Origin: Chrysomallon squamiferum
Lineage: Eukaryota > Animalia > Mollusca
Assembly: GCA_012295275.1 (NCBI GenBank)
Contig: CM022674.1
Coordinates: forward strand, 1,240,001 to 1,304,000
Reading direction: 5' to 3'
Length of the DNA stretch: 64,000 nucleotides
Every line of letters starts with the position of its first letter. Within the stretch, counting starts at the first letter, position 1. This document shows, piece after piece, positions 45,028 to 58,259 of the stretch. The notes beneath the pieces are model-generated. The model searched no databases. It was not told where the DNA came from and worked only from the letters and a program-made list of their open reading frames with translations. The translations under genes and the position numbers were made by a program.

Positions 45028-47048
45028 TCGCATCTCCGCTCTAAGGCTCATATACAAACTATTTTCGGTACCAAGATGCAGTCACGTGGTTTTACAAAAA
45101 ATGAGTTTTAGCAGATTAGAAACAAAAATACTGAAATATGATTTTTAACAGAAAACAGAAGGATTCCTTGTTCTTACAGGTTCTTAAAAAATTTAGTTAT
45201 GAAAGGAGAAACAAAACTGAAAAAAAAAAGAAAGATTAATGTATGTGCTATTTATAAAACAGAAACGAATAGACTGTGGTATTATTAAATATCATATGCA
45301 CGTATTGTTAGTTAAGTTAGTTATTCACTGCATTTGATAAATTTTAATATCGTAGACTATAATACACTGGTCACATTTTTCAGTGTGAATAATCCTTTAA
45401 AAAGCAGTCTGTTCTGGGCCACAAACTGTTCGTAACATTACGGTTAATTACGGTTATTTACGACCTCTGTTCCGAGCTTACAACGACGTTTTATCGCTCC
45501 AAAATTTGCTTGACGTTGCCCGGTCGTGAACTCGATACACGGTTCAATATTTTTTTTTGGCTGGTTATCTTGGTTGCCCGTCATTTAAACGACCTTAATG
45601 GTCCTATTTGTTAGTCACGTAACATTACTCAAACTGACAATAATGGTGTGTTAAGAAGCCAGGTGTTACTACGCGTCGAGAAAATAGTCCCCTTGAGAGC
45701 GCGACAGCGACGTTCTGTTTTCGCGCGATCATCTAAATTAATTTCTGAATCAGATGCTTAAAGAAAGATAACCGCTTGGTGATAAGTGGACGAACAAGAG
45801 CTGCTGTTTTTGATTAACACGACAAAAACATCATCCATTTTATCTTCTTATTTCTTTGTTGTTATAGTGTTTTCTTTGTTAGTTTATTTTATTTGTTTGT
45901 TTATTTATTTATTTATTATTTTTTATTATTTTTTTTATTTTTTTTTAAATGTTTTTTTTTTTTAAATATTTTTTTATTTATTAATTTTTTAATTATTATT
46001 ATGATTATTATTATTATTATTTAAGAAATGAAGGCTAGTACACAATATGTTAATTTATGTCGTATGCTTGATATTTTGTAACTGTCTACGGTCATTATTG
46101 CTGTTGCTGTTACCATCCCATCAATGTAACCATTATTTTACTACTACCACTGCTACAACCACTATTGTTGTTGCTGCTGCAACCACTACGGCTATGACGA
46201 CTATTATTATTGTTGTTGTTATTGTGTTGTTGATGTTGTTTTCGTTGTTGTTGATATTATGGTTATAGTTGTTCAGTCCGTATTTATTTATTAATTTTTA
46301 TTTTTATTATTTTATTTATTTACTTACTTACTTATTTTTTATTATTTATTTGCTTATTTATTTAGTTAGTTAGTTAGTTTTATTTATTTATTGATTAATT
46401 TATTTAGTTATTTATTTATTATTTATATATTTATTTCCTTACTTAGTTACTTACTTATTTATTTATTTATTTATTTTATTTTATTTTATTTTATTTTATT
46501 TATTTATTTATTTTGTCTTTCTGTCTCATGGCAGAAAGCAGACTTTAAAGAAAAAAGTGGGAAAAAAAAAAAAAAAAGAAAATCGATACTGGTCGTAATG
46601 ACAGCAGTGTATCATTACGTCAACTCCAATGTAAAATAACTTCAGCTTTGGTGGAGAGGGGGGGGATGGAGAAAAGAAGAGAACACAGAAAGAAGATACA
46701 AAAAAAAAAAAAAAAAAAGATAAAAAAAAAAATAAAAAAAAAAATAAAGAAAGTCAATGCAAGTTTTAACGATGTTCACGACCGCTGCAAACTCTCGCGA
46801 GATTACGCGCGGCAGTCGCCATGATGTATTTTTTCTATCGTGACTCACACCTGTTACCAGTCAATTTCAGCGCGCTCTCTTATTATCTGCCTTGCATAAC
46901 TGCCCTGCGGTACAGGCAGACGATAACCAGTCTACGGGGCGAACTGTGAATCATAAAACCTATTAACTCTTGAAAAACTGTCAGTTTTTATTTTACCAGA
47001 CATTAAAAAGTCATTACGATGCAAATAGCTCAGTTACGTTCTCTGTTT

Positions 47049-47089
<41 letters not shown>

Positions 47090-47330
47090 GAAATAATTTA
47101 CTTTTTTTTTTTTTTTTTAAAGCACCATTCCGGGAACGCGAGTATTTGTAAAGTGGCAGTCTGGTGACAAACGCAAAACTGTTGTTTGGTGTCTGCTTAT
47201 TTTGCATGTACACACACACATATACATACATACGTACGTACATACATAGCATTTATTTATATGTGTGTTTGTATATATATATATTTGTACATACATACAT
47301 ACATACATACATACATACATACGTACATAC

Positions 47331-47367
<37 letters not shown>

Positions 47368-48697
47368 GTGTTTGTTTGTGAGTATACAAATACTACTGTT
47401 AGACTGTAATAAGACAAAACAAAATCGCTAGACTGTTAAAAGCATGTACAAGAAAAAACTCAAAAGAACGAAAATTAAAAAATAAATAAATAAAAAACGA
47501 AGACGTATGAAATCATGTTGATAATAAAATAAATGAAAGAACGTCATTTTTTTTTTTTTTTTTACCATATGTGTATGTGTGTGTGTGTGTGTGTGTGTTT
47601 CAATTTAAATTCAGTTTAAATCTTATCTTTCGCTGATCAGACACGCATAATGAGAAACAACTAATTAAATTAAGAAAGCGATTTATCAATAACACATTAA
47701 GACACTAATTTCCTCTTTTCATATCTTGGGAATTCTGGAGAAAAAAAAAATATGACATTTTGTGTTAAAAAATAAAAAATAAAAAAAAATAAAAAGTAAA
47801 TTAAAAATAAAGCGATAGTGCCAAAAAATACTAGTCCAAACAACAAGAGAAAAAAAAAAAAAAAAAGAAAAGAAAGAAAAAACCCTAAACATTTAACAAA
47901 AAAAACCCTGTAAACGACATAATCAAAACATAATAAAATGTTCTGTGCTATTTTTTTTTTTTTTTTGTTTTACGTTACTTCCTCATAAGACATCAAATAT
48001 ATTATTTAGATATTCCTAATGTCATCAGATTTTTTTTTTTTTTTTTTTTTTGTTTACTGAAATAACAAAAAAAAAGGTATTTGAAAAGAGAGATAAGACT
48101 GGTATTAAATTTAACGCAAAATATCAAGAAACTAACTTTTTAAAACATCACTAATGCAGACTGTATCTGAGATATTTTGTTTCAGACGATGTTTTCAAAA
48201 TAATTAATCTTTCTTATTTATTTTATTATTTATTATTTTATCATAATCATCATCATCATCATCGTCAATTTTATTATTGTTGTTGTTGTCGCTATCATTT
48301 AATTGATTATTTTGTTGTTGTTGTTGTCGTCGTCTTTATTGTTATTATTGTTCTTGTTGTTGTTGTAGATGTTGTTATTACTATTAATTTTTATTATTAA
48401 TTTTGTTCTTTATTGGTTCGATTTTAAATGAAAAATACTTCTTTTAAAAATGTTCTTGTGTTTTGATATAACATACAAAATAAAAATGAAGTTAGGATCT
48501 TTCCGATACTTGTCATAGCGTTTTTTGAAAATACACGTATCTATGCCCCTGTTAGTATTAGCTTCAGCAGCAGCAGTAGTAGTAGTAGTTGTAGTACTAG
48601 TGGTAGCAGTAGTAATAGAAAAAGTTAAAATAGTAGTAATAATAGTAATAGAATAATCAATAATAATAGAATAGGATCAACAATAACAGTAGCAGTG

Positions 48698-48729
48698 TAG
48701 TAGTAGTAGTAGTAGTTGTTGTAATAGTG

Positions 48730-48769
<40 letters not shown>

Positions 48770-48810
48770 GTAATAGTGGTTGTAGTAGTAATAGTAGTAG
48801 TAGTAGTAGC

Positions 48811-48908
<98 letters not shown>

Positions 48909-48940
48909 CAGTAGTAGTAATAGTGATAGTGGTAGTAGTT
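48698..48940. repeat. (TAG)n microsatellite
   Basis: Direct inspection. Confidence 0.95.
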
Positions 48941-49450
48941 GTAATTGCTGCTGTTGCTGTTGCTGATATTGTTGTACTAGACGTTTTCATTTTTTCTGGA
49001 GAAAAAAACGGTTTCCTTTATCTTGTTTCTAGATCAAAGGATAACTGAATAAAAATCTTATCTCTTTTGTCTTTGATGCAATTTTCCACGCGATTTGTAT
49101 CTTCCTTTCTGGTGTGTTTTTTTTATTATTACTTTTTTTATTATATTTATCTAGATTCCAAAGTTCTTTGACAGATTTATCTGCTGATGAAAACATAAAA
49201 GAAAGAAAAGATTTCAAAAATTAGGTGTTAATCTGTAAAATGAAACATTCACAAAAAAAAAGGGAGAAAAAAAAAGAGGAAAAAAAAACAGAAACGGAAG
49301 AAAAATACATTTGAAAATGTGATTTACAAAGAGCAAAAAAGGAAAAAGATAACATGCGGTAGTTCGTTCTGTCATTAAGCTTTGTGAAATGTACTGTATT
49401 GATCCTTTTTTTAAAAAAAATTTATTTATTATTTCGTCGAAAATAACAAA

Positions 49451-49483
<33 letters not shown>

Positions 49484-49524
49484 TTTCAAAAAGTGGAAAT
49501 ACATTTAAAGAGAGAAACTATTAA

Positions 49525-49525
<1 letters not shown>

Positions 49526-49573
<48 letters not shown>
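49526..49573. repeat. Poly(A) homopolymer, ~48 nt
   Basis: Direct inspection. Confidence 0.9.
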
Positions 49574-49576
<3 letters not shown>

Positions 49577-49934
49577 GTTTTTCTAAGATTTGCCTTTCAG
49601 AAGATAGTAAGCGATGTGATTAATGAAAAATAATAAATATCATATTACTCCATTTCACGTGTGCTTTACAATTTATTTATATATTTATTTATTTATTTAT
49701 TTAATATGTGTCTATGTATGTATGTATGTATGTATGTATGTATGTATGTATGTATGTATGTATGTATGTATGTATGTATATGTATTTATGTATGTATCGA
49801 ATGCGGATAAAGTGTACATGGGTCAGCATAGAGTGTAGTACAATACAGTTAATTAATAGTAATTCATTTTCGTATGATAACAACACAACAATAACATAGC
49901 AGCAAAACTGAAATAATTTAATAACAACAATTAT

Positions 49935-50031
49935 TACTACTTCTACTGTTCTACTACTACTACTATTACCACTACTGTTCTACTACTACTACTACTTCTA
50001 CTGTTCTACTACTACTACTACTTCTACTGTT

Positions 50032-50116
<85 letters not shown>
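49935..50116. repeat. Compound (CTA)n-(TTA)n microsatellite
   Basis: Direct inspection. Confidence 0.9.
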
Positions 50117-50117
<1 letters not shown>

Positions 50118-50185
50118 ACAAGAAAAAGAATAACAACAACAATAATGATAATAACAAAAACAGCAATAATAATATCAGCAACATA

Positions 50186-50226
<41 letters not shown>

Positions 50227-50527
50227 ACAGTAGTAGGAATAGTAGTAATAAAAAAAAAGAGTAAATTAAAATTAACCCAGCTTACACTTCCGCTCTATGT
50301 CAGTTCTGTTTTTCTTGTCTGTTCATTCACGTGACGTTATCAGTCTATATATAGAAACTAACGTCAAAGCATTATGACGTCATAGACGAAACTCATAACA
50401 TTGCGCAAACAAAACCAGAAAAATGTGTCCATTTCTTTTAGCTTTTTGGATTACGTTGGTATATTCTGGCTAAAGGTAAAGTTTTAGAGTGAGAAGTAGA
50501 AGTAGTAGTAGTAGTAGTAGTAGAAGA

Positions 50528-50565
<38 letters not shown>

Positions 50566-51094
50566 TAGCACTAGTAGTAATGTTATAGTTGTTGCTGTTG
50601 CCGTTAAGATAGTTCCTTACGTTTTAGTTTATAATGTATAAAGTGTGAACATTATGACAAACCTGCTAATCCTATTTAACATTATCCACGCTATTTATTT
50701 TATTTTTGTTTTGTTGTTCGTTTTATTCGTTGATGTTTTAAATTATTTTTGTACAAATTCATTAAAAAACTAAACAGATGATGGTAAACACACAAACACA
50801 CACAAATTCATTATATGCACATGTATAATATATATTACACCTTCCATTTTAAATAAATAAATCAAGGGAAATAACACACAATTATGTTTCCAAGGATTCA
50901 GGAATACATCACACACACACACACTGTACACACACAGTTGCCGACAAATGTTACAAAGAGTGGGTGAATGAATAATATTTGCACATTTATAATATATAAT
51001 TTCAAATCCATTTTAAAGATAAATAAAATCATTAATGAAATTAATTAATTAATTAATTAATTTCCAATAATTCATAAATAATTTATCAAGCCAA

Positions 51095-51130
<36 letters not shown>

Positions 51131-52226
51131 GACAGTTATAAACTTAAATGTGATAAAGATTTAGTTTTGTATTAATTTATTTTGTTTTTCAGTTGCCAGA
51201 AGAAAGCATTAAATGTTTGTTTATCAAATGAATAATTTAGAGGATGTTCACAGACAGACAACACACACCATTGACAAACCAGTTGTACAAAACTGGTTAG
51301 AATGGGAAATAACTTGATTATATCTGTAAAAAGCACTGATCATGTGAACTTTCGAACCTCAACACAGTGATCTGTGACTAAACATAAAATCACATAAGAC
51401 TGAGCAAACAGCTGAATAATAATTGGCCAAACCATAAACTCGAATGAAAACAGTAACCATTACAGTTAAAATGTTAAGGCTAGGATCTCTGCTGAACAAT
51501 TAAAAAGTATGTCATTTTATAAGACTTCAAGTATTAAAAACAACCAGACAAATAATAAAAATAAAACAAAAAATGCCAACAACGAGTGGATAATGATTTT
51601 TATTTGTTTCCAAATATTGTGAAAACCACACTGATAATGTTCTCAAGTAAGTGATAAAAAATAAAAAATAAATAAATAATAATAATAATTAAAAAATGAT
51701 AATAATAAAAAAATAAAAAATAAAATAAAATAATAAAATTTTTATTAACATTGTGGAATGATCAAACAGACTTTCATGTGAACCAAAATACTGAAAAATA
51801 TATTCAAACATATTCTGGGGTCTCATTTCACATCTCATTTTATTCTATTAAATAGGTTAAAAACAAATATTTATATATTTATATATATATATATATAGTT
51901 TTATAAACGGTATGTGTAAATAGATGTATATAATATATATATATATATATTATATGAAAATTATAATTCTTTCTTTTTACACCAGTGTAAATAAATAAAT
52001 TTGGGTGGAATATTGACATGTTAGTACAGTAACATTTGTGACAAAATATCTAGACACACACACACACACACACACACACAAATGAATCAAAGCCAGCAAT
52101 ATCGGACAATTCAGCCAATAATACATATCTTTTACTGACATTACTTTATTTGTGCTGAATCAGTGTACATATACTTTATTAAACAACTTCAGACTATTTC
52201 TAATCTGCTGCTTAATTCTTCACACT

Positions 52227-52286
<60 letters not shown>

Positions 52287-52288
52287 TT

Positions 52289-52367
<79 letters not shown>

Positions 52368-53016
52368 ATCTCTCTCTCTCTCATATATATATATCTTTGC
52401 TAAAATATTCTACACACAAGACTAACTAAATCCTATAAAGCTACATTTTTAAATTAATGAAATGTTAAACTACTTTAGAGCGATGAAAGATTTTCTTATA
52501 CCATTTGCTTGTCTTATAGAAAATTTAAATAGTCTCTCTAGCAAAATCCAAGAAATGTTTTAGGAGTACCATATATATATATATATATATCCAAAAACAT
52601 ATATAAAATTCAAACCATAACAGAGAGAATGAATTATAGAAATGTAGTTCTGTTTTCAAGCAAGTCTAAAATATACCTTATTGCTGTCTTATTGAAAAAT
52701 TAAATTAAAAAATTATAATAAAAAACAAATCTCAACATTTTTGCATATATTTATATCTAATATAGGAATGTCTGTTACATTCTTTTCCTTTTCTTCTGTG
52801 TACGGACGTGAAAATGATCTAAAAAAATAAAGTTAATTTGAGGTTAGCTATAATCAGCAAGACACTACACACCAGGTCTTTATGAGTGACAATTAACACA
52901 ACAAATAAACACATGGTTTCTGTTTAAATTAAACTAGCGACTAGATGACAGTTCAGTGTAGCTAGCAGCACATTACAATGTCTACAGCCTCAACAGTGCC
53001 AGGCTATGAGCAGCTA

Positions 53017-53260
53017 CAAACACATTGTAACACACATGTGTTACCTTGGAATACTCGAAAAACACATTATAATACACATGTGTTACCTTGAAATACTCAA
53101 AAAACACGTTATAATACATAGATGCTACTTTGAAATACTTGAAAAACACATTATAATACACATGTGTTACCTTGAAATACTCAAAAAACACATTATAATA
53201 CATAGATGCTACTTTGAAATACTTGAAAAACACATTATAATACACATGTGCTTCTTTGAA
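53017..53260. repeat. Minisatellite, 42-bp unit with alternating A/B variants; decayed copies extend to ~53600
   Basis: cac(a/g)ttataat occurs at 53063, 53105, 53147, 53189 and 53231. Variants cacatgtgttacctt and catagatgctacttt alternate. Confidence 0.92.
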
Positions 53261-54009
53261 ATTCTCACAGTTTCTCTGCTACAATGAAATATTTTGATGC
53301 TACTTGAAACACAATGTATACATGTGGCTCTGAAACATTTGGTAACACATTATAATGTATATGTGCTGTTTTATGACAAGCAGCAACACACAAACAAAAT
53401 CTGCTGACAACAGCTAGAAATAAATTACAGTATACATACTGAAAACAGTAAACGTTCTTTTCTCAGAATGACCTATGGTAACAGCTAACAACACATTAAA
53501 ATGCATATGTGCTGCTTGGAAATAGTTGATGATGAATAACAACAACACATTATGATACATATGTGCTATAATACGTGGAAAATACTAGATGCATTATAAT
53601 TCCATTCCATTATCTCTAAAAAAAAACACAAAAAAAATCTATATATTTTACAATTAAATTAGCTAGCAATTTACAACTTATTACTACTATACAAATGTGT
53701 ACAAATAATTGTAATAAAGATGATACAAAGCTTTCTGGTAACATTAAATTAAAAGTTATAAAAAAAAAAGTACACAGACATCATGACATCTTTAAAACAG
53801 AAAGGAACTCAAAATAGCCAAATCTCATTACAAACTACATCCTAGATGAAAAATACTTTGACTCTATGCTTTTTGACTGGTTATAAATATTTATAAATAA
53901 CTATTATCTTAGTTATGGTTAAAGTTATGGTAATATTTATTTTAAATACTCCAGAAAACACTTCTAGTAATAAATAGTTAATTATAAAAAGTTCTGGAGA
54001 AATACTGCT

Positions 54010-54560
54010 TGTTTATATCACTGGCAAATAAGTAGTTACACCATTTTGAAAAATACAGAACTGGTATGACTGTGAGAAATACAGCAGTTATATATCACTG
54101 TGAGAAATACAGCAGTTATATATCACTGTGAGAAATGCAGCAGTTATATCACTGTGAGAAATACAGCAGTTATATATCACTGTGAGAAATACAGCAGTTA
54201 TATATCACTGTGAGAAATACAGCAGTTATATATCACTGTGAGAAATATACCAGTTATATCACTGTGAGAAACACAGAACTTATATCACTGTGAGAAATAC
54301 AGCAGTTATATATCACTGTGAGAAATACAGCAGTTATATATCACTGTGAGAAATACAGAACCTATATCACTGTGAGAAATACAGCAGTTATATATCACTG
54401 TGAGAAATACAGAACTTATATCACTGTGAGAAATACAGCAGTTATATATCACTGTGAGAAATACAGAACTTATACATCACAGTGTGAAATACAGAACTTA
54501 CATCACTGAGAAATACAGCAGTTATATATCACTGTGAGAAATACAGAAATTATACCAGTA
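54010..54560. repeat. Minisatellite, 26-28-bp unit, ~19 copies
   Basis: Unit tatatcactgtgagaaatacag(cagt/aact)ta. A 54-bp dimer appears in the right half. Confidence 0.95.
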
Positions 54561-55714
54561 ATAAATACAGGGTTTTTTTACATGACTGGCAAAAATAGAC
54601 AAGTGATGGACTGTTTCTTTTTTTAAATTTTATATTTACTGTCTTTTTCCTTTTCTTTTCTTTTTCAACGTTTTTCTACTGTTCTCATTTAGAAGTTCAT
54701 AGTTTTAATAATTAATATAGTTAATTACTGTAATTGTTTTCATTATCATTAATTTTAGTTATAAACCTGTCACACAAAATCGTGTAATCAGATTAATAAA
54801 AATTCGTCACAAAATATCGTTATTTCAGCATTTATATTCAGGACTGTTGCTTTAAGAAAATGTGAATGGATAATCTAAATACGACTTCGGTCTTCACAGC
54901 AGGCCTAGAAATGTTAGTTCACTCTTAAAACAGCCTCATATTAGCAAACAGGGCACACATTTTTAATGAAAATGGACACGGTTATGTGGGCAAATTTATA
55001 CATGTTTTTTTTAATAGCTACCTTTAGGGCTAATGGTCTGAACCAGAAATTATCAAGCTTAAATTTTAACTATTTATAGGCGATATCGTAAACAAAACAA
55101 AAAAGAAATGTTAACATTTACTGAAGTATTTATAATGAAGATGCACTGTTAGTATTGGTTGACTATGAAGTGGGTTTGCACGCAGATCAAACACAAAACA
55201 ATATTCGTTTATGTTTTTGTATTCAAACAAAATGATGTGAGACAATAACACAGATTTTATTTTAAGTATAATTTAGTTTATAAAATATTTAGAAAATGTT
55301 TTATCAATGGAATGGTGGAAATTATGCACACAAAAAGAAAAAGTTATATATATATATATAGAATTCAAGATAATGGAATAATTTATAACCATTCAAAGCC
55401 ATTTTATAACATCAAAAAAAACAAATATCAATAAATAAAAAAAAATCGGATGGAATGTTAATTTTGCATAGGATAATAACAGGAGGGATTTTTTGTTTTC
55501 ATTTATTGAATAATAATAATAATAATAAGAATAATAAGAATAATAAAAATAAGAATAAGAATAATAAGAATAATAATAAGAATAATAAACTATAAAACTC
55601 AGCAGAATTTTTACAATACAGCAGCACTTGTTTACAAATATTTACAAAAATCACATTTTTGCATACTATGAAGATTATTTCTTATCTCTGTAAAAATGTA
55701 ATTTTAGAAAAAAA

Positions 55715-55778
<64 letters not shown>

Positions 55779-56780
55779 TTAATAACAATAACAATAATAA
55801 TTACAAGAACAAAAATACAGCAGCAGATTAATTCTCTATCAAATTTGAACAATGATAATATATTTTTTCTTGTTTTAATTTTTGTTATTTATTGTTTACT
55901 TTAAAGGCATTTTATAAAAATCTTGAAGTTTTTCCAAAAATGTGTTTTGCATAAAGACAGTATATATATATATATATATATAAAATCCACAAAATAAAGA
56001 CTATATATAAAATGTAACAATATTTATCAAAACTGAAAGAAGGAATGTTCTTATAAACATTAATTAATTAGTATAAAAATAATAATTATAGTATCATTTC
56101 TCTTTCATATTTTTAAGAAAATGTTCAGCTCCCATCACAGCTTATTTCAATATATGTAAATTTACAGTAATAACTTGCATAGGAATGTTAACATTATAAA
56201 AAGTACAATAATGACCCAACTTTCTGAAATCTTGCCCTCCCCCCACCCACTGGAAATCTTGCCCCCACCACACCCCTGCCTTATTCACACTTTATGGATG
56301 ATCCCTAACATAAGTATACAGTCTAGAATTCAATCTATTAACGATGTTGCTACAAACACCACCAAAATTAATTAATTATTTAATAAAACAATAAGTTTCT
56401 AATAATAATATAAATAATAATAATAATAATAACAACAGTAACAATAATATTGTACAATAATAATAATAATAATAATAGTAATAATAATAATAATAATAAA
56501 AGTTTAAACAATTGTAATTAATAGTTTTTTGTTTTACTTATTTAAAATTTATTTAGTAGGAACAGCAGTTGTAAATATCTTAACCAATAATTAACGAAAC
56601 ATTCTCAGCAGTTTTTTAAAACAAACAAAATGTGTAACAATGTATTTAAAATGTATTTAAAAAAAAAATGTAAAACAGTTGATCAGCAGAATTTACGTCA
56701 CACTAGTGTAAAAATACAGTTACTTCCAAATAACTAGAAAACAGTTACAAAATGTTTTAAGATTAAAATAAATCTTCAAT

Positions 56781-56814
<34 letters not shown>

Positions 56815-58259
56815 TAAATTAACTGATTAATTACAAAGACAATCAATCCAAGCATGTAAAAGTCTTAACAGCAGCAGCTTAATTTAAATTTCAAAAATGT
56901 ATGTATATTCTCTATATATCTTTTAATAATTCAGTTATCTAATACACAAATTCATTAGACTTTAAAATAATCTATACATTTTTTTATTAAAAAAACAACA
57001 TGTTTTTAATTGTTTAAGACTGCACGCAGGGTTCGGACTATCAAAGCCATTATTCAGACTACCTGTTTGATTGGGGAAGGGCAAGAAATATAATGAAATG
57101 TTTTTGTTTAAATCGTGAAAGATTAGGAATGTTACGCAATTTTAAAACATTGCATCTTCTAGTATCTATCATTAAAAACTGTGCTATATAAAGTAATACA
57201 ATTTCAAAAATTATAATTTTATGAAACTTAACTATCAATTAAAAGAACGAAAACATATAATGTTTACTACCAGTTATACTAAACTTTTTATATATTTTTT
57301 AGTGTATTAAATGGCTGTTTCAAAATTATTAAAAAGCAAAAAAGTATTTAAAATGATTTTAAAATAAACAGTCAGAATCTAAGTAAACTAGAGAAATGTT
57401 ACAATGTATCAGCACTTAAGATGACAAATGTCTATATTATTATATTATGGACTTGAAATTTAATTGTCTAGGATTCTAGAAAAAAAATTTTAAAGTCAAT
57501 AAATAAAAAAAAAATAAATAAATTATGTTAACACACACAAAACATAGTTTGTCTTATACAAAAATGGTGCAAGAACACTTTCTACAAATACAATACATAT
57601 CAGGTATGGGTACTGTTTGTTCATTTGAAGATTTAATATATATGAAAAACTTAATTGTTTTCTTTTCTTTTGTAAAACATTATAAAAAAAAATCTAATAA
57701 TAATTTATAATTAAATTAATAGTCTTTTAATTATCGTCGTTATTTTTATAATTTTTAAATATTAGAAACAGAAGATGTAACAGCAGATGGTAACAGTTGT
57801 AGCGGTTCTGGTTTTAGTAGTGGTGGTGGTAGTAGTAGTAATAGTAACAGCAATATCACTAACAATACATAGAAGTAACAGCAGTTGAAGTATTCTTTGC
57901 AGCTGTAGCAACAGTAGTTGTAGTTGTAGCATCAGCAGTACCCAGTAGTTGTATGTCACAGTAGTAGTAGTAGTAGTTGTAAAGGAAGAAGTTGTAACAA
58001 TCATCGTAGCAGTGTAGTAGTCATAATAATACTGGATTACAAATAGCAGTAACAGCACGTGTAGTAGCAGTAGTAGTAGTAATAGTAGTAGCAAAAGTTG
58101 CAGTTGCAGTAGTAGTAACAGTTGTTGTTGTTTTTACTGCTATGTACAGCATTCACAGATATGTGTAACAGCAGTAGTTGTAGTAGCTGCAGTGGTGCAC
58201 ACAAGCAGCTGTAGACGTGTGTGTGTGTGTGTGTGTAACAGATGATAATACTATAGCAG

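Noticed and set aside
52982-54509. Repeat-protein ORFs (14-aa and 18-aa periodicity)
   Set aside because: The frames are open only because the 42-bp and 54-bp repeat periods are multiples of three.
54900-55062. Possible hAT-type MITE (caggcctagaaat ... aattatcaagctt)
   Set aside because: The terminal inverted match is too weak and there is no clear 8-bp target duplication.
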